Part shown: positions 28,479 through 40,144 of the stretch, piece after piece | Layout: every line of letters begins with the position of its first letter | How positions within the stretch are numbered: position 1 is the stretch's first letter | Origin: Syntrophomonadaceae bacterium | Lineage (GTDB): Bacteria > Bacillota > Dethiobacteria > DTU022 > UBA8154 | Reading direction: 5' to 3' | Assembly (NCBI GenBank): GCA_007131175.1 | Contig: SLRC01000059.1 | Location: forward strand, 1 to 52,031 | Length of the DNA stretch: 52,031 nucleotides | The notes under the pieces: model-generated | The model's database searches: none | Seen by the model: the letters and a program-made list of their open reading frames with translations, nothing else | What the model was told of the DNA's origin: nothing | Made by a program: the position numbers and the translations under genes

Positions 28479-28931
28479 CTACTTTCCAGTATGGCCGAAA
28501 CCACCTTCTCCCCTTAACGTTTGAGGAAGGTTGTCCACTTCTATCAAAGTGACCCTTGCAACAGCCTGGATTACCAACTGGGCAATCCGCTCCCCTCTTT
28601 GGAGTAAATATGCCTCTTCGCCCAGATTGATAAGGATAACCTTGATTTCACCCCGGTAGTCTGCATCAATGGTCCCTGGTGTGTTCAACAATGTTAATCC
28701 ATATTTGAGTGCCAGGCCGCTGCGGGGTCTTACCTGGCCCTCGAATCCTTTTGGAAGGGCAATGGCAATCCCGGTGGAAATTAGCTTATACTTTCCCGGT
28801 TCTAACAAAACATCAACTTGTTCTGCAGAACATAGGTCCAGGCCGGCCGCATGTTCACTCATATATGCGGGAAAAGGCAGATCGTGGGCATGGGGCATTT
28901 TTTTAAGCATAACCTTCACATTGTCATTCAT
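28479..28931 (-). CDS. dut: dUTP diphosphatase
   Basis: Trimeric dUTPase motifs ([22 protein letters not shown]). Confidence 0.95.
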   Translation of the reverse strand: MNDNVKVMLKKMPHAHDLPFPAYMSEHAAGLDLCSAEQVDVLLEPGKYKLISTGIAIALPKGFEGQVRPRSGLALKYGLTLLNTPGTIDADYRGEIKVILINLGEEAYLLQRGERIAQLVIQAVARVTLIEVDNLPQTLRGEGGFGHTGK

Positions 28932-28975
28932 TTACTACTCACCTTCCCCAATCATCGTGTGGATCCTTTTACATA

Positions 28976-29004
28976 AGTTTATGTTTCACTATTTGCCCTG
29001 TCAA
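28976..29004 (-). promoter_or_regulatory. Sigma-A-type promoter upstream of dut
   Basis: Minus strand: TTGACA, 17-nt spacer, TAAACT. Confidence 0.5.
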
Positions 29005-29030
29005 TAGGATCAGGTTATGTTTATCAGGGT

Positions 29031-29873
29031 TTAAGGACTACTCCAGATTTCAAAATAAATATACCCTCCTCCTCCTCCTCCCTTGATTAAAATAAAATTG
29101 TTTGTATTATTACGAAATTTAAAGTCGAGGTGACCGGAAACAGTGGCATCTCTCCCAATGGGGACATAACCAACCGGTCGGCTGTGAGGAAATCTTTCCA
29201 CAACTTCCAGTCCAGAATAATAAACAGCATTGTACAGCGTTGATGAAACCTGACATACCCCTCCCCCGTATCCGGGAATAACCGTATCGCCCACAATAAT
29301 GGGAGCAAGCTTATAACCCCTACCGGGTTTGTTGTGTCCTGTGACTTTGTTAAAAGAAAATATCTCTCCCGGAGCAAGAAGATAATTGTGAATAAATGAT
29401 GCAGCCAGGCGAATATTTTCGGCCCTCCCCCCGCCTCCACCATACCAGGTGGCGAAAGAGCCAAGACGTTCCTCAATCTGGCCATAAACTTCTGCGTTAA
29501 TCTCCGGTTCCAGGGGAATGACTACGGGCCTGTATTTTCCATAAGCTTCTCCTTTCATTATCAATGCCACCGTGCCCTCAACATCTATCTTCTCGCCATA
29601 GATCTCCTTTACCAGCTGCCCCGTTTGTCTATCGAAATAAGCGTTGCGGGGTCGTTTTAAGAAAAGCAAGCTCTCCTGTTCCACTATTGCCCTTACTTCC
29701 TGCTCTAATTTGTTTTCCATAAGAATTTCCCCCAGGTAAACACCCCGGGGAACCCCGTTTTGCAAACGATTGTAGCTATCACGCATATTTAGGGCAATTG
29801 TACTCATTAGCATAATTATCAATAATATGGAGAATATAATACTTTTTATGGACAATATTACTATCTTTTTCAT
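29031..29873 (-). CDS. VanW family protein
   Basis: N-terminal TM segment and VanW core (GYGGGVCQVSSTLYNA). Confidence 0.85.
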   Translation of the reverse strand: MKKIVILSIKSIIFSILLIIMLMSTIALNMRDSYNRLQNGVPRGVYLGEILMENKLEQEVRAIVEQESLLFLKRPRNAYFDRQTGQLVKEIYGEKIDVEGTVALIMKGEAYGKYRPVVIPLEPEINAEVYGQIEERLGSFATWYGGGGGRAENIRLAASFIHNYLLAPGEIFSFNKVTGHNKPGRGYKLAPIIVGDTVIPGYGGGVCQVSSTLYNAVYYSGLEVVERFPHSRPVGYVPIGRDATVSGHLDFKFRNNTNNFILIKGGGGGGYIYFEIWSSP

Positions 29874-30895
29874 TGGAGTTCAGTAAGCCTGATCACTGAA
29901 GGAGGATAGTGGGGGGACAGCAGTTCATCAATGGTAATAATATTAAATCCTTTTTGCTTGATTATTGGAAGTGTCTCCTGCAAAAATATGACTGTGTCTG
30001 CAGTGGGATGCATAAGAATGATTGCTCCGCCCGAGAGCTTGCTCAATACCTTATCTTTCATTTTTTCCACACCGGGCTCATTCCAGTCCACTGTGTCAAT
30101 CGTCCATAGGACTGTTCGCATACCCACCCTGGACACCACTTCTAAAACCAATTCATTGAACTCTCCCTTATGCGGTGTAAAATATTTTGGCACATGACCT
30201 GATACCGCCTGAATCTGTATATTTACATCTGTTAATCCCTTTTCCATTTCCTCCGGGGTAAGCTCCGTATAAACCTGTGCATCGGTATGTCCGTGGTTAG
30301 CCAATTCATGACCCTGAACTGCAATTTCACGCATCAGAGGTTCATGCCCCTGTGCCCACCTTCCAACCACAAAAAAAGTGCCCCGGATATCTTCGGATGC
30401 CAGCACATCAAGCATTGGTTCCAAGTGTTCTGAACCCCACGCAACATTGATCATTAAAGCAACTTCATTTTTTTGGGGATTGCCCTGTTCAATAAATGCT
30501 GCCGGGTAATCAGCAATACTTACTTCCGGGTACAGGGTTTCCAAACTGGGAAAAACCGACTCCCCCGAGTTAGCTGTAATTATTCTATTCAGTGTATCTT
30601 CAATATCTACCCTGTAACCCCAAATCTCCGGAACTATAACTTGTCGTTCCGGGTTATAGAGGGCATTTACAGGCGCCTGCTGCCACTCAATAAAACGGGC
30701 AACTAAAAGCTCCTCTGTTTGCTCATATGTATAGCCCCGCATGTTCCGGCCCAAAAAATAAACATCTTCATTAATCAGGTCACGCTGTGACCACCAACCC
30801 AGGTAAAAGAAGAATAAAAGCAGCAGAACCATTCCCAAGCCTATATATAACTTACGCTCCCAAATCACTCTCACATTGAACGCCATCATGAACAT
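29870..30895 (-). CDS. Polysaccharide deacetylase (NodB domain), YlxY-like
   Basis: N-terminal TM segment and NodB motifs (TFFVVGRW, HELANHGHT). It lies downstream of pnp, as ylxY does in Bacillus. Confidence 0.8.
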   Translation of the reverse strand: MFMMAFNVRVIWERKLYIGLGMVLLLLFFFYLGWWSQRDLINEDVYFLGRNMRGYTYEQTEELLVARFIEWQQAPVNALYNPERQVIVPEIWGYRVDIEDTLNRIITANSGESVFPSLETLYPEVSIADYPAAFIEQGNPQKNEVALMINVAWGSEHLEPMLDVLASEDIRGTFFVVGRWAQGHEPLMREIAVQGHELANHGHTDAQVYTELTPEEMEKGLTDVNIQIQAVSGHVPKYFTPHKGEFNELVLEVVSRVGMRTVLWTIDTVDWNEPGVEKMKDKVLSKLSGGAIILMHPTADTVIFLQETLPIIKQKGFNIITIDELLSPHYPPSVIRLTELQ

Positions 30896-30917
30896 ATTAT
30901 TACCCCATTTTTTTAGG

Positions 30918-31604
30918 TTAATATAAGTTTAATAATTCATGTGGTGACCCTATGGTATACCCTTTCCAGCTCAGAAATTCAACTAGTTGTGGTAAAAGAT
31001 TGTCGAGATGGGAAGTAAGATGGACAAGGACTATGGCTCCTGGATGAAGACGTTCTTCAAGATGGTTGATAATAAATTCCGGTTCCTGCTCTGTCATCGT
31101 TCTCAGATTGATACTCCAAAGCAAGGTCAGACAGCCCGCTTCGTGAGCCACGCGAACTATTTGGCTGTTGTATTCTCCATATGGGGGCCGGAAAAATACA
31201 GGGGAATAGTCAAGCATTTCAAGGCTTATTTCATTAAATCCGTTTATTTCAGCAAAGATCTCTTCTTCCGTCAACAGGATAAGCCTTTGGTTAGTTACAG
31301 AACGATTTCCCAGAATCTGACCATATTCCAGAATTTTATTTGCAGAATCAGGGAATTTTCTTGCCCATTCACCTGTGAGGAAAAATACCGCTTCTATACC
31401 CTCTGACTGTAAAAAACAGAGCACTGCGTCCAATTCTTCATCTGCTTCCCATAAAACATTAAAGGTTAAAAATATCTCTTCGCTTCCCTTGCTAAAATGG
31501 TAAACAGGGTAAAGGGGATGGGTGCCACGTATTCCCCCGGTAAATGCCAATATAACCAGAGTAACGAATAAAAACACTGTGCAAAAAAAAAGAGGTTTTT
31601 TCAA
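30918..31604 (-). CDS. Polysaccharide deacetylase family protein (divergent NodB)
   Basis: Signal/TM N-terminus and a NodB-like fold (VFFLTGEWA, RPPYGEY). Confidence 0.65.
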   Translation of the reverse strand: MKKPLFFCTVFLFVTLVILAFTGGIRGTHPLYPVYHFSKGSEEIFLTFNVLWEADEELDAVLCFLQSEGIEAVFFLTGEWARKFPDSANKILEYGQILGNRSVTNQRLILLTEEEIFAEINGFNEISLEMLDYSPVFFRPPYGEYNSQIVRVAHEAGCLTLLWSINLRTMTEQEPEFIINHLEERLHPGAIVLVHLTSHLDNLLPQLVEFLSWKGYTIGSPHELLNLY

Positions 31605-31679
31605 TGGAAGAACCTCTATTCAAGTTACTATTTAATTATTATTATACTTTCTGCATAAATATGACTAAACGCTAAGGGA

Positions 31680-31704
31680 TAAAAAAAAGAGGCTAATGCC
31701 TCTT
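31680..31704 (-). terminator. Terminator whose stem contains the pnp stop codon
   Basis: Minus strand: AGAGGC-auua-GCCUCU followed by UUUUUUUU. The UAG stop (31695..31693) spans the loop-stem junction. Confidence 0.8.
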
Positions 31705-33870
31705 GGAAAAGCGCCTGTTTCTTCTTGGAGGGCCTGCTTCCTGTTCCGTTTCCACGGACCTGTTTCTCGTGTTTGCTTCAGGCAGAGTAGAATTGTTGGC
31801 CGAAAGTGCTTCTTTGCGTGAGAGGTTAATACGGCCTTTCTCATCTATATCAAGCACCTTTACCATAACCTGATCCCCTACCTTAACCACATCCTCGGTA
31901 GTATTGACGCGGGCCTTATCCAAATGAGAGATATGTACAAGACCCTCTTTGCCTGGCAATACCTCAACAAAGGCTCCATATTTTTCTGTGCGGGTAACCT
32001 TACCTACGTATATGCGTCCCGGTTCCACATCTGCAGTGAGGGTTTCAATACATTCCTGCGCTTTGGCGCCAGCTTCCTGGTCAACCGCCACGATAAAGAC
32101 CCTGCCGTCATTCTCCACGTTAATATCCGCACCGGTTTCGGCGATAATTTTATTAATCGTCTTACCACCCGGGCCTATTATATCCCGGATCTTATCGGGG
32201 TTTATCTGTATGGTAATAATCCGGGGGGCGTAAGGCGAAAGCTCCTTTCTCGGTTCCTCTATAGGCTCAATCATTTTTTCCAGGATATAAAGGTATCCTT
32301 CTTTTGCCTGCAGGATAGCATCCCTTAAAACTTCCCGGGAAAGACCTTTAATTTTTGTGTCCATCTGCATGGCAGTGATACCGTCTTTTGTGCCGGCAAC
32401 CTTAAAATCCATATCACCGAGGAAATCTTCCATTCCCTGAATATCTGAAAGGACAGCTATTTTATCCCCATCATGGATCAAGCCCATGGCAATGCCTGAA
32501 ACCGGCGCTTTAATGGGAACCCCCGCATCCATCAGGGATAAAGTGCTGGCACATACACTTCCCATTGAGGTTGAACCGTTAGATTCAAGCACTTCAGAGA
32601 CAAGACGAATGGTATAGGGAAATACATCTTCCTGGGGAATGACCGGCTCAAGGGCTCTTTCTGCCAGGGCCCCATGCCCAATCTCCCTCCGTCCGGGACC
32701 ACGCATAAAACCAGTTTCGCCTACGCTGTATGGAGGAAAGTTGTAGTGATGGAGAAACCGCTTTGATTCCTCGATGCCTAACCCGTCAAGGATCTGCATA
32801 TCCCGCAAAGCACCAAGCGTACAAATGTTCATGACCTGTGTTTGACCACGTGTAAATACTGAAGAGCCGTGCGTTCTCCTGAAAAGCTGAACCTCGCTGG
32901 ATATGGGGCGAATTTCCTGCCAACCCCGTCCATCCGGCCTCCTTTTTTCTTTTAAAATCATTTCGCGCATACGCTTTTTAATGAGTTCATCCAATCCAGC
33001 CTTTACATCACGTGTATTATCGGGATATAACTCACCAAAGTGTTCCAATGTTTCTTTTTTCAATTCGCTAAGCAAGCTTTCCCTATCCTGTTTAAGTTCT
33101 GTATGCATGGCAAGCCTGATTTTTTCTGCAGCAAAGGTTTCCACGATACTGATAATCTGAGGATCAGGTTCAAAAATGGATACTTCCATTTTCTCCTTAC
33201 CAATTTTCTCGATCATTTCCTGTTGCAGTGTAACAATCTTTTTGATTGCCTCATGGCCGTCCAGGATCGCTTCCAGCATCTCCTCTTCACTGACTTCTTT
33301 TGCACCAGCCTCCACCATCATAATGGCATCTGCTGTCCCGGCTACAACCAGGTTTAGCCTGCTCTTTTCACTTTGGGCCACATCAGGGCTAATCACAGGT
33401 TTTCCGTCTATCAGGCCTACACTTACAGCAGCAACCGGCCCGGAAAACGGTATATCTGAGATGGATAGGGCCGCTGATGCCCCAATAATTGCCAGTGGTT
33501 CAGGTACATAGTCCTGCTCCACCGAAAGGACCGTAATTACGATATGTACTGCATTGCGGAAACCGGAGGGAAAGAGCGGCCTGATCGGCCTATCCGTCAA
33601 ACGGCATGCCAGAACTGCTTTTTCTGATGGCCGGCCCTCCCGTCTGATAAAACCACCCGGTATTCTGCCTACTGCATACAGTCTTTCTTCATAATCCACC
33701 GTCAGTGGAAAAAAGTCTACTCCTTCACGTGGCTCTGGAGATGCGGTTGCTGTAACCAGCAACGCCGTATCGCCATAGCGCATCATTACAGCGCCATTGG
33801 CCTGCTTTGCAAGTTTTCCTGTTTCCAGGGTGAGTGTCTTCCCACCCATATCGACTTGAAATATTTCCAA
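31693..33870 (-). CDS. pnp: Polyribonucleotide nucleotidyltransferase (PNPase)
   Basis: Two RNase PH domains plus KH and S1 domains. 725 aa. Confidence 0.97.
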   Translation of the reverse strand: MEIFQVDMGGKTLTLETGKLAKQANGAVMMRYGDTALLVTATASPEPREGVDFFPLTVDYEERLYAVGRIPGGFIRREGRPSEKAVLACRLTDRPIRPLFPSGFRNAVHIVITVLSVEQDYVPEPLAIIGASAALSISDIPFSGPVAAVSVGLIDGKPVISPDVAQSEKSRLNLVVAGTADAIMMVEAGAKEVSEEEMLEAILDGHEAIKKIVTLQQEMIEKIGKEKMEVSIFEPDPQIISIVETFAAEKIRLAMHTELKQDRESLLSELKKETLEHFGELYPDNTRDVKAGLDELIKKRMREMILKEKRRPDGRGWQEIRPISSEVQLFRRTHGSSVFTRGQTQVMNICTLGALRDMQILDGLGIEESKRFLHHYNFPPYSVGETGFMRGPGRREIGHGALAERALEPVIPQEDVFPYTIRLVSEVLESNGSTSMGSVCASTLSLMDAGVPIKAPVSGIAMGLIHDGDKIAVLSDIQGMEDFLGDMDFKVAGTKDGITAMQMDTKIKGLSREVLRDAILQAKEGYLYILEKMIEPIEEPRKELSPYAPRIITIQINPDKIRDIIGPGGKTINKIIAETGADINVENDGRVFIVAVDQEAGAKAQECIETLTADVEPGRIYVGKVTRTEKYGAFVEVLPGKEGLVHISHLDKARVNTTEDVVKVGDQVMVKVLDIDEKGRINLSRKEALSANNSTLPEANTRNRSVETEQEAGPPRRNRRFSKRH

Positions 33871-33892
33871 ATATTAACCCTCCTTTTTAGAA

Positions 33893-33913
33893 AAGCGGGG
33901 AAAATCCCCGCTT
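33893..33913 (-). promoter_or_regulatory. rpsO-pnp intercistronic hairpin (attenuator or processing-site candidate)
   Basis: AAGCGGGGA-(3 nt loop)-UCCCCGCUU, a 9-bp stem 14 nt after the rpsO stop and just before the pnp RBS. The U-tract is poor. Confidence 0.6.
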
Positions 33914-33926
33914 GAACCGAAACGTT

Positions 33927-34199
33927 TTACTTACGCAGTCCTAATTTAGCAATAATACTACGATATCTTTCCGGTTCTTTTTCCCTTAAATAATTGAGCA
34001 AGCCCCTTCTTTTTCCAACCATTTTGAGCAAACCACGCCTGGAATGAAAGTCTTTTTTATGCGTTTTTAGATGTTCAGTAAGCTGATTGATTCTCTTTGT
34101 TAAGATAGCAATCTGTACTTCCGGAGAACCAGTATCGCTGGTATGGATTTTGTGCTCATTGATAATGCCGCTTTTAATTTTATTAGTTAATGACAACAT
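33927..34199 (-). CDS. rpsO: 30S ribosomal protein S15
   Basis: S15 sequence ([23 protein letters not shown]). I re-set the start to ATG at 34199, 6 nt after AGGAGG. Confidence 0.95.
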   Translation of the reverse strand: MLSLTNKIKSGIINEHKIHTSDTGSPEVQIAILTKRINQLTEHLKTHKKDFHSRRGLLKMVGKRRGLLNYLREKEPERYRSIIAKLGLRK

Positions 34200-34294
34200 T
34201 CTCACCTCCTGTTGCTGTTAAATTTTTATCCATATGCCCAAGGGCAGTTCCATAATGTTTGTAAAGGCCTACAACGAATAACGCCCCTCGCCGG

Positions 34295-34323
34295 GGTCAA
34301 GCAAATTTTATCATATGTCGCAA
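34295..34323 (-). promoter_or_regulatory. Sigma-A-type promoter for rpsO, with about 90 nt of leader
   Basis: Minus strand: TTTACA, 17-nt spacer, TAAAAT. Confidence 0.5.
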
Positions 34324-34348
34324 ACTTTGTAAACAATAACCAGATTCT

Positions 34349-35320
34349 TCATCGACAGGCATTGTCTGCAATACTGGAATACTCTTGCTGGATCAACTCC
34401 CTTGCACGCTTCAAATCAATATGCATCTGATCTTTTAACGAGTGAGCTCCGGAAAACACAGCTTCTTTTCTAATTTTGTGCAAAAACTCAACAGTTAATT
34501 CTTCTCCATAAAGATCTCCGGAAAAATCAATCAAATAAACTTCCACAAGTAACTTACCATCTTTATGAAATGTCGGCTTGCTCCCAATATTGGTAAGGGC
34601 AAAATATTTTTCCCCTGCATAAGTAGTTGAAGAAAGATAAACACCCCTTTGCGGCAGAAGCAAACCATCCTGTATAAGCAGATTTGCTGTGGGGAAACCA
34701 AGTGTCCTTCCCCTTCCCTCACCATGAATCACAAGACCGCTAATTCTGAAGTTGACACAAAGGTAGCGGGACGCATTTTTAACTTCCCCCTTCAATAATA
34801 GATCACGTATTAATGAGCTGCTCACCACTTCATCACCTAAAATTACCGGCGGAACAACTTCAACGGAAAAGTTAAACCGTTCACCCCACTTCAGGAGATG
34901 GTTGGCCGTCCCCCTTCCTCTGTTACCAAAAGTATAATCGAACCCAACCACCACACCGGCCACACGGAATGTATTGACCAGATAATCTGTAACAAATTGA
35001 TAAGGTGGTAAAGAAGCAATCTTCTCATTGAATTCCTCAATAATTAAAAAATCAATACCCAGTTCCTCCAGGATCTCGGATCTTCTTTTAACAGAAGAAA
35101 GGAGTAAAAAATCTTTCCTTGCATATAACTTGGTCACGGGGTGAGGATCAAAAATAAAAACAGCGCTTTTACCCGTGTGCTCTTGTGCAAGGGAACAGGC
35201 TTTTCCAATAATACTGCGGTGTGCCAGATGAAGTCCGTCAAAATTACCAAGGGCCATGAAAAGCCTGCAATTTTGATATCGATAATTATCTTTTCCATGT
35301 ATAATTCGCATTAAGTTCAC
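34349..35320 (-). CDS. ribF: Bifunctional riboflavin kinase / FMN adenylyltransferase
   Basis: RibF motifs (GNFDGLHLAH, GFPTANL). Confidence 0.93.
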   Translation of the reverse strand: MNLMRIIHGKDNYRYQNCRLFMALGNFDGLHLAHRSIIGKACSLAQEHTGKSAVFIFDPHPVTKLYARKDFLLLSSVKRRSEILEELGIDFLIIEEFNEKIASLPPYQFVTDYLVNTFRVAGVVVGFDYTFGNRGRGTANHLLKWGERFNFSVEVVPPVILGDEVVSSSLIRDLLLKGEVKNASRYLCVNFRISGLVIHGEGRGRTLGFPTANLLIQDGLLLPQRGVYLSSTTYAGEKYFALTNIGSKPTFHKDGKLLVEVYLIDFSGDLYGEELTVEFLHKIRKEAVFSGAHSLKDQMHIDLKRARELIQQEYSSIADNACR

Positions 35321-35333
35321 CTGAATTTTATAT

Positions 35334-36245
35334 TTACCATTTTTTTAGCAGTATAAGAGTGTTATGATTGTCTGAAGTTTTACAGCGTATCAACGCTGCA
35401 AATTCTCCTTCTGTAGTATATACTGCCTGGATCGGACCGTCAACAGGGGCCGTAAGGCCTTTTACTGATATAAGTTCATCTATATTAAGAAATTTATTAA
35501 CAAACAGGCGCGTTATCTGTTCTTCCGTAAGCAAGAGCTTTTTATTTCCCCGGAATGGATAATCTGGAGGTAGCAGGACATGCCCGGTCCTATCTGCCCG
35601 GACCACTACAGCCAGTTCCTCCAGGGATTGGGCACTTGTAAGGTGAAAGGGCCCGCTGGCAATCCTCACTAAAAATGACATATGCCCGCCACAGCCTATT
35701 TTGTTGCCCAGCTCCTCGCACAGACTGCGTACGTAAGTACCACTGGAGCAGGTTATCTCAAGCATTAACTTTTCAGGAGGCGAATAGGAAATAAGATTAA
35801 TATTATATACTCTTACCAAACGTGAAGGACGCTCAACTATCTCCCCCTTGCGGGCATATTCATACAGCTTTTTTCCTTTTGTCTTTACTGCTGAATACAT
35901 GGGAGGTGTTTGTTCCATTTCCCCTGTGAAAAAAGAGATATAATAATTAAGCTCATCTTGTCCAAGCACTGGAGGTTCCTTTTTCCTGGTAACTGCACCA
36001 TATGAATCAGCCGTATCTGTGGAAATACCCAAATGAAGTTCCGCACGGTAAACCTTGGAAAACTCCAGAATATATGGCGATAGCTTGGTGACTTTGCCCA
36101 ATAGGATGGGCAGTACTCCGGCTGCACCGGGATCAAGGGTTCCGCCATGACCCGCTTTCACACCTGGAAGTTTCTTCCTGACGGCATCTACCATATCATG
36201 GGAGGTCATACCAGGGGGTTTGAGCAAATTTAAAAAACCGTTCAA
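35334..36245 (-). CDS. truB: tRNA pseudouridine(55) synthase
   Basis: GFLNLLKPPGMTSHD and GHGGTLDP motifs. I re-set the start to TTG at 36245, 6 nt after AAGGAG. The track's extension overlaps nrnA. Confidence 0.92.
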   Translation of the reverse strand: MNGFLNLLKPPGMTSHDMVDAVRKKLPGVKAGHGGTLDPGAAGVLPILLGKVTKLSPYILEFSKVYRAELHLGISTDTADSYGAVTRKKEPPVLGQDELNYYISFFTGEMEQTPPMYSAVKTKGKKLYEYARKGEIVERPSRLVRVYNINLISYSPPEKLMLEITCSSGTYVRSLCEELGNKIGCGGHMSFLVRIASGPFHLTSAQSLEELAVVVRADRTGHVLLPPDYPFRGNKKLLLTEEQITRLFVNKFLNIDELISVKGLTAPVDGPIQAVYTTEGEFAALIRCKTSDNHNTLILLKKW

Positions 36246-36273
36246 GGGATTCTCCTTATTAGTAATCAAGGTG

Positions 36274-37266
36274 TTATTCACATTTAACCGTTGTATTGGG
36301 TTTTTTTTCTTGCAACGTCTTTCTGACAGCCTCAATAACCAACCTGATTGCATCAGGTCCTTCCTGGTATTTAATAGTGCATCCCGCGGCTCGTGGATGA
36401 CCGCCACCGCCAAACAATCCCGCAATTGAGCTAACATCCACCGATTTAGAGCGGAAACCTACTTTTGTCTCACCTTTGAGAGTATGATAAAAGAAAATTC
36501 CTATTTCAACACCATAAATATTCTTTGCATAATTAACAAAACCCTCAAGCTCTTCCGCTTTTGCACCGTAAGTATCCAAAGTATCTTCATGTAAGTTCAT
36601 CCACGCAATGGGAAAGGTTTCGTCTATTTGAAGAGTGGTCAACGCTTCACGTAAAAGATGAATCGTTGATTGTGGATATTCATCAAAAATCTTCTGACTT
36701 ACTAGGGCCGGATCTACCCCTTTTTCCAAAAGAGTTGCGGTTATTCTTAACGTTTGTGCTGTGGTATTACCATATTTAAAAGAGCCTGTGTCTGATGCAA
36801 TAGCAACATAAAGACAAATGCTCGCCTCATAATCAAGGGGCAGCTCCTGTTCGATTATAAGGCGATAAATAATTTCTCCCGTTGCAGCTGCTGATGTATC
36901 AACAATGTTAAAATCTCCAAAGAGAAGATTTGTGGCATGATGGTCAATGTTAACAATATTTTCAATTTCACCCACGCCCTGGCTCATATAATCGAGCCTC
37001 TCCAGATCCCCGCAATCAAGAACAAAGACAATTCCCGGGGAAGGCGCCGGGGGAAAAATATGTTCAAATTCTGAGGCACCTGGTAAGAAGTTGTATTTCC
37101 GGGGAATAACCCCCGGACAAAAAATCCTGACCTTTTTGCCCAAGTGCCGCAACACAGTTCCCCAGGCTAAAGCTGAACCAATTGCGTCACCGTCAGGCAG
37201 AGTATGAGTCAGGATATAAATGTTATTATGCTTATTTAAAAGTTTGCTTAATTCTTGGCTATTCAC
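36274..37266 (-). CDS. nrnA: DHH/DHHA1 phosphoesterase (NrnA-type oligoribonuclease / pAp phosphatase)
   Basis: DGDAIGS, DHH and GGGH motifs. The likely start is GTG at 37266, 6 nt after AAGGAG. The track's ATG at 37302 is an alternative. Confidence 0.8.
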   Translation of the reverse strand: MNSQELSKLLNKHNNIYILTHTLPDGDAIGSALAWGTVLRHLGKKVRIFCPGVIPRKYNFLPGASEFEHIFPPAPSPGIVFVLDCGDLERLDYMSQGVGEIENIVNIDHHATNLLFGDFNIVDTSAAATGEIIYRLIIEQELPLDYEASICLYVAIASDTGSFKYGNTTAQTLRITATLLEKGVDPALVSQKIFDEYPQSTIHLLREALTTLQIDETFPIAWMNLHEDTLDTYGAKAEELEGFVNYAKNIYGVEIGIFFYHTLKGETKVGFRSKSVDVSSIAGLFGGGGHPRAAGCTIKYQEGPDAIRLVIEAVRKTLQEKKPNTTVKCE

Positions 37267-37636
37267 GTTCCTCTCCTTCTTTTCCTTCTTTAGACAGTTC
37301 AAGTTTTTTTAACACATCGTCAATATGGGCTCCGTACTCAATCGATTTGTCAAGCCTAAATTCCAGTTCAGGTATATGGCGCAACCGGATCCGCTTACCT
37401 AATTCTGAGCGGATAAATCCACTTGCTTTTTCCAGCACCTTTAACATAGCCGCCTGCTCTGCATCAGGAGCATAGATGCTAACATAAATACGGGCATACC
37501 CTAAATCACGTGAGACTTCGGCATCAGTTACACTGGTCATTTTACCCAGCGCAGGATCCTTTAATTCCATACGGATAATCTGGCTAATTTCCTTTTTTAT
37601 CTCTTCGCCTATTCTTTGTGCCCTTTGCTTTGACAT
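37259..37636 (-). CDS. rbfA: Ribosome-binding factor A
   Basis: RbfA family and its position between infB and nrnA/truB. Confidence 0.9.
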   Translation of the reverse strand: MSKQRAQRIGEEIKKEISQIIRMELKDPALGKMTSVTDAEVSRDLGYARIYVSIYAPDAEQAAMLKVLEKASGFIRSELGKRIRLRHIPELEFRLDKSIEYGAHIDDVLKKLELSKEGKEGEERE

Positions 37637-37684
37637 CTATTATTTCCCTCACATTTATTTAAAACAATTTGTTTTACAAATCGA

Positions 37685-39775
37685 TTAGGAGTGTGGTACC
37701 TGTTTCTGGGTAAAAGCTTCAAATATATCTCCTTCTTTTAGATCATTATAATGTTCTAAAAGAATGCCGCATTCAAAGCCGCTGCTTACTTCTTTAACAT
37801 CATCCTTGAAACGCTTCAGCGAATCAATCTTCCCTTCATAAACAACCGTTCCGTCCCTGATAATCCTGATACCGCAATTGCGATGTATTTTACCTTCCAG
37901 CACGTAAGAACCGGCAATACTTCCCACTTTGGAGACTTTAAATATTTGTCGCACCTCTGCCTGGCCAAGAATCACTTCCTGGAACTTCGGTTTTAAAAGC
38001 CCCAGACTGGCTGCTTTTACGTCTTCCATTACTTCATAAATAATATTATAAAGTTTCATCTCCACTTCTTCTTTTTCGGCAAGTTTGCGTGCACTCACTT
38101 GAGGCCTCACATTAAAACCGATAATAATGGCATTTGAAGCTGAGGCTAGCATCACATCCGATTCGTTGATTGCACCTACCCCTTTATGAATAATCCTTAC
38201 ATGAACCTGTTCGTGTTCAATCTTTTCAAGGGATTCCTGAAGCGCTTCTGCTGAACCCTGAACATCTGCCTTGATAATAATATTTAGATCAATTTCACTT
38301 TCCTGAATTTGTTTAAATAAATCATCTAAAGATACTTTTTGCGTCTTGCGCAGGGTGGCTTCACGCAATTTATAACCCCGTTTTTCTGCTATTTGCCGGG
38401 CAAATTTCTCATCCCGAATCACCTGGAAGCTGTCACCAGCCTGCGGAACATCAGAAAGCCCCAGAACCTCTACTGGCATTGAAGGGCCGGCACTGACAAT
38501 TTTCCTGCCATTTTCATCAAACATAGCCCGCACCTTGCCATAAATGCTCCCACAGATGATTGGATCCCCTACCTTCATGACACCATCCTGGATCAATACA
38601 GTGGCAACTGGGCCCCGACCCTTGTCAAGTTCGGCTTCAATCACCGTACCTTTGGCATGGCGAGAGAAACTCGCTTTAAGTTCGCCCATTTCAGCCACAA
38701 GAATGATCATGTCCATGAGCTCGTCTATACCTTGTTTTTTAAATGCACTGACCTCCACAAAGATAGTATCTCCGCCCCACTCTTCTGGAAGCAGTCCAAT
38801 TTCAGCCAACTGTTGCTTTACCCTTTCCAGATTGGCGTTTTGTTTATCTATTTTATTGATAGCCACAATAATGGGCACTTCCGCTGCCTTCACATGGTTA
38901 ATCGCTTCAATGGTCTGTGGTTTTACACCATCATCAGCTGCAACCACAAGGATGGCTATATCCGTAACTTGTGCCCCTCTGGCCCGCATAGCCGTAAAAG
39001 CTTCATGCCCGGGAGTATCTAGAAATACAATCTTCTTGCCATCTATATCCACGCTATAAGCGCCAATATGCTGTGTTATCCCGCCAGCTTCGGAAGCGAT
39101 AACGTTCGTTTCCCGAATAGCATCAAGCAGGGAAGTCTTGCCATGGTCAACATGACCCAACACTGTAACCACAGGTGGCCTTGTCTTCATGCTTCCCTCT
39201 GCCTCGTCTTCCACAATACTTTTCAACTCATCCTCTTTTGGATCAGCATTGTGGACAAATTTAACACCAAACTCTTCAGCAAGAATAGACAGGACGTCCT
39301 CTGAAAGTTGCTGGTTTAAATTGGATATAATACCAAGGTCAAGTAATTTCCCCAGTATTTTTGATGCAGTAGTGTTAAGCCTGCCTGCCAGTTCGGCAAC
39401 CGTTACCCTACCTTCCAGGATTATTCTCTCCTCGCCCGTCACATCTTTTGCAGAGGATTTTGCCGCTCTCCTGGCCTTCCGACTTTCTTTTGCTGCTTCT
39501 AATTTTGCTTTCTTATCTTCTTTTCTTTTTCTTGAGGGGGTATCCTTCTTTTTCGTTGCCTCAGGCGCTACTGGTGGCGGGGTTGTTGCCGTTTCTTCTT
39601 TGGGTTTCTTTACGCCACCCTGGGTCAACATTTCAATAACTTTTTGAGCCACCTCTTCGTCCATTGTACTCATATGATTTTTAACATCGACCTGTAGATC
39701 CTGCAGTACATCAATTAGTTTTTTACTATTAATCCCAAGCTCTTTAGCCAGTTCATAAACTCTTACCTTTCCCAA
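37685..39775 (-). CDS. infB: Translation initiation factor IF-2
   Basis: GTPase motifs ([17 protein letters not shown]). 696 aa. Confidence 0.97.
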   Translation of the reverse strand: MGKVRVYELAKELGINSKKLIDVLQDLQVDVKNHMSTMDEEVAQKVIEMLTQGGVKKPKEETATTPPPVAPEATKKKDTPSRKRKEDKKAKLEAAKESRKARRAAKSSAKDVTGEERIILEGRVTVAELAGRLNTTASKILGKLLDLGIISNLNQQLSEDVLSILAEEFGVKFVHNADPKEDELKSIVEDEAEGSMKTRPPVVTVLGHVDHGKTSLLDAIRETNVIASEAGGITQHIGAYSVDIDGKKIVFLDTPGHEAFTAMRARGAQVTDIAILVVAADDGVKPQTIEAINHVKAAEVPIIVAINKIDKQNANLERVKQQLAEIGLLPEEWGGDTIFVEVSAFKKQGIDELMDMIILVAEMGELKASFSRHAKGTVIEAELDKGRGPVATVLIQDGVMKVGDPIICGSIYGKVRAMFDENGRKIVSAGPSMPVEVLGLSDVPQAGDSFQVIRDEKFARQIAEKRGYKLREATLRKTQKVSLDDLFKQIQESEIDLNIIIKADVQGSAEALQESLEKIEHEQVHVRIIHKGVGAINESDVMLASASNAIIIGFNVRPQVSARKLAEKEEVEMKLYNIIYEVMEDVKAASLGLLKPKFQEVILGQAEVRQIFKVSKVGSIAGSYVLEGKIHRNCGIRIIRDGTVVYEGKIDSLKRFKDDVKEVSSGFECGILLEHYNDLKEGDIFEAFTQKQVPHS

Positions 39776-39836
39776 TGTTTACACCTCCATGATTTAACCT
39801 CCTTAAATCTATCAACCAACGTGATTGGGAGATTCT

Positions 39837-40109
39837 TTATGGAACATCTTTCATTTTTTCCACCAACCGTGCCACAACTTCCTGTGGGATTGAATTTTTG
39901 AGTGATTTCTCTAATACTTTACCCTTTACTGCTCTTTTAAGACAGGTAACGTCGCTGCAGATATAAGCACCCCTTCCCGCCTTTCGACCAGTAGCATCCA
40001 ATTCAACTTCACCTTCCGGAGTGCGCACCACCCGGATTAGGTCTTTTTTGTCCTTATGGACACGGCAGCCGAGGCACAAGCGTAGCGGCGTCTTTTTTTT
40101 CCTGTCCAT
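39837..40109 (-). CDS. ylxR: YlxR/RnpM family RNA-binding protein (DUF448)
   Basis: PLRLCLGCR and GRGAYIC motifs. I re-set the start to ATG at 40109, after GGAAGGG. Confidence 0.85.
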   Translation of the reverse strand: MDRKKKTPLRLCLGCRVHKDKKDLIRVVRTPEGEVELDATGRKAGRGAYICSDVTCLKRAVKGKVLEKSLKNSIPQEVVARLVEKMKDVP

Positions 40110-40144
40110 CAACAACCCTTCCTTTTCATTATTCAACTGCAAGG

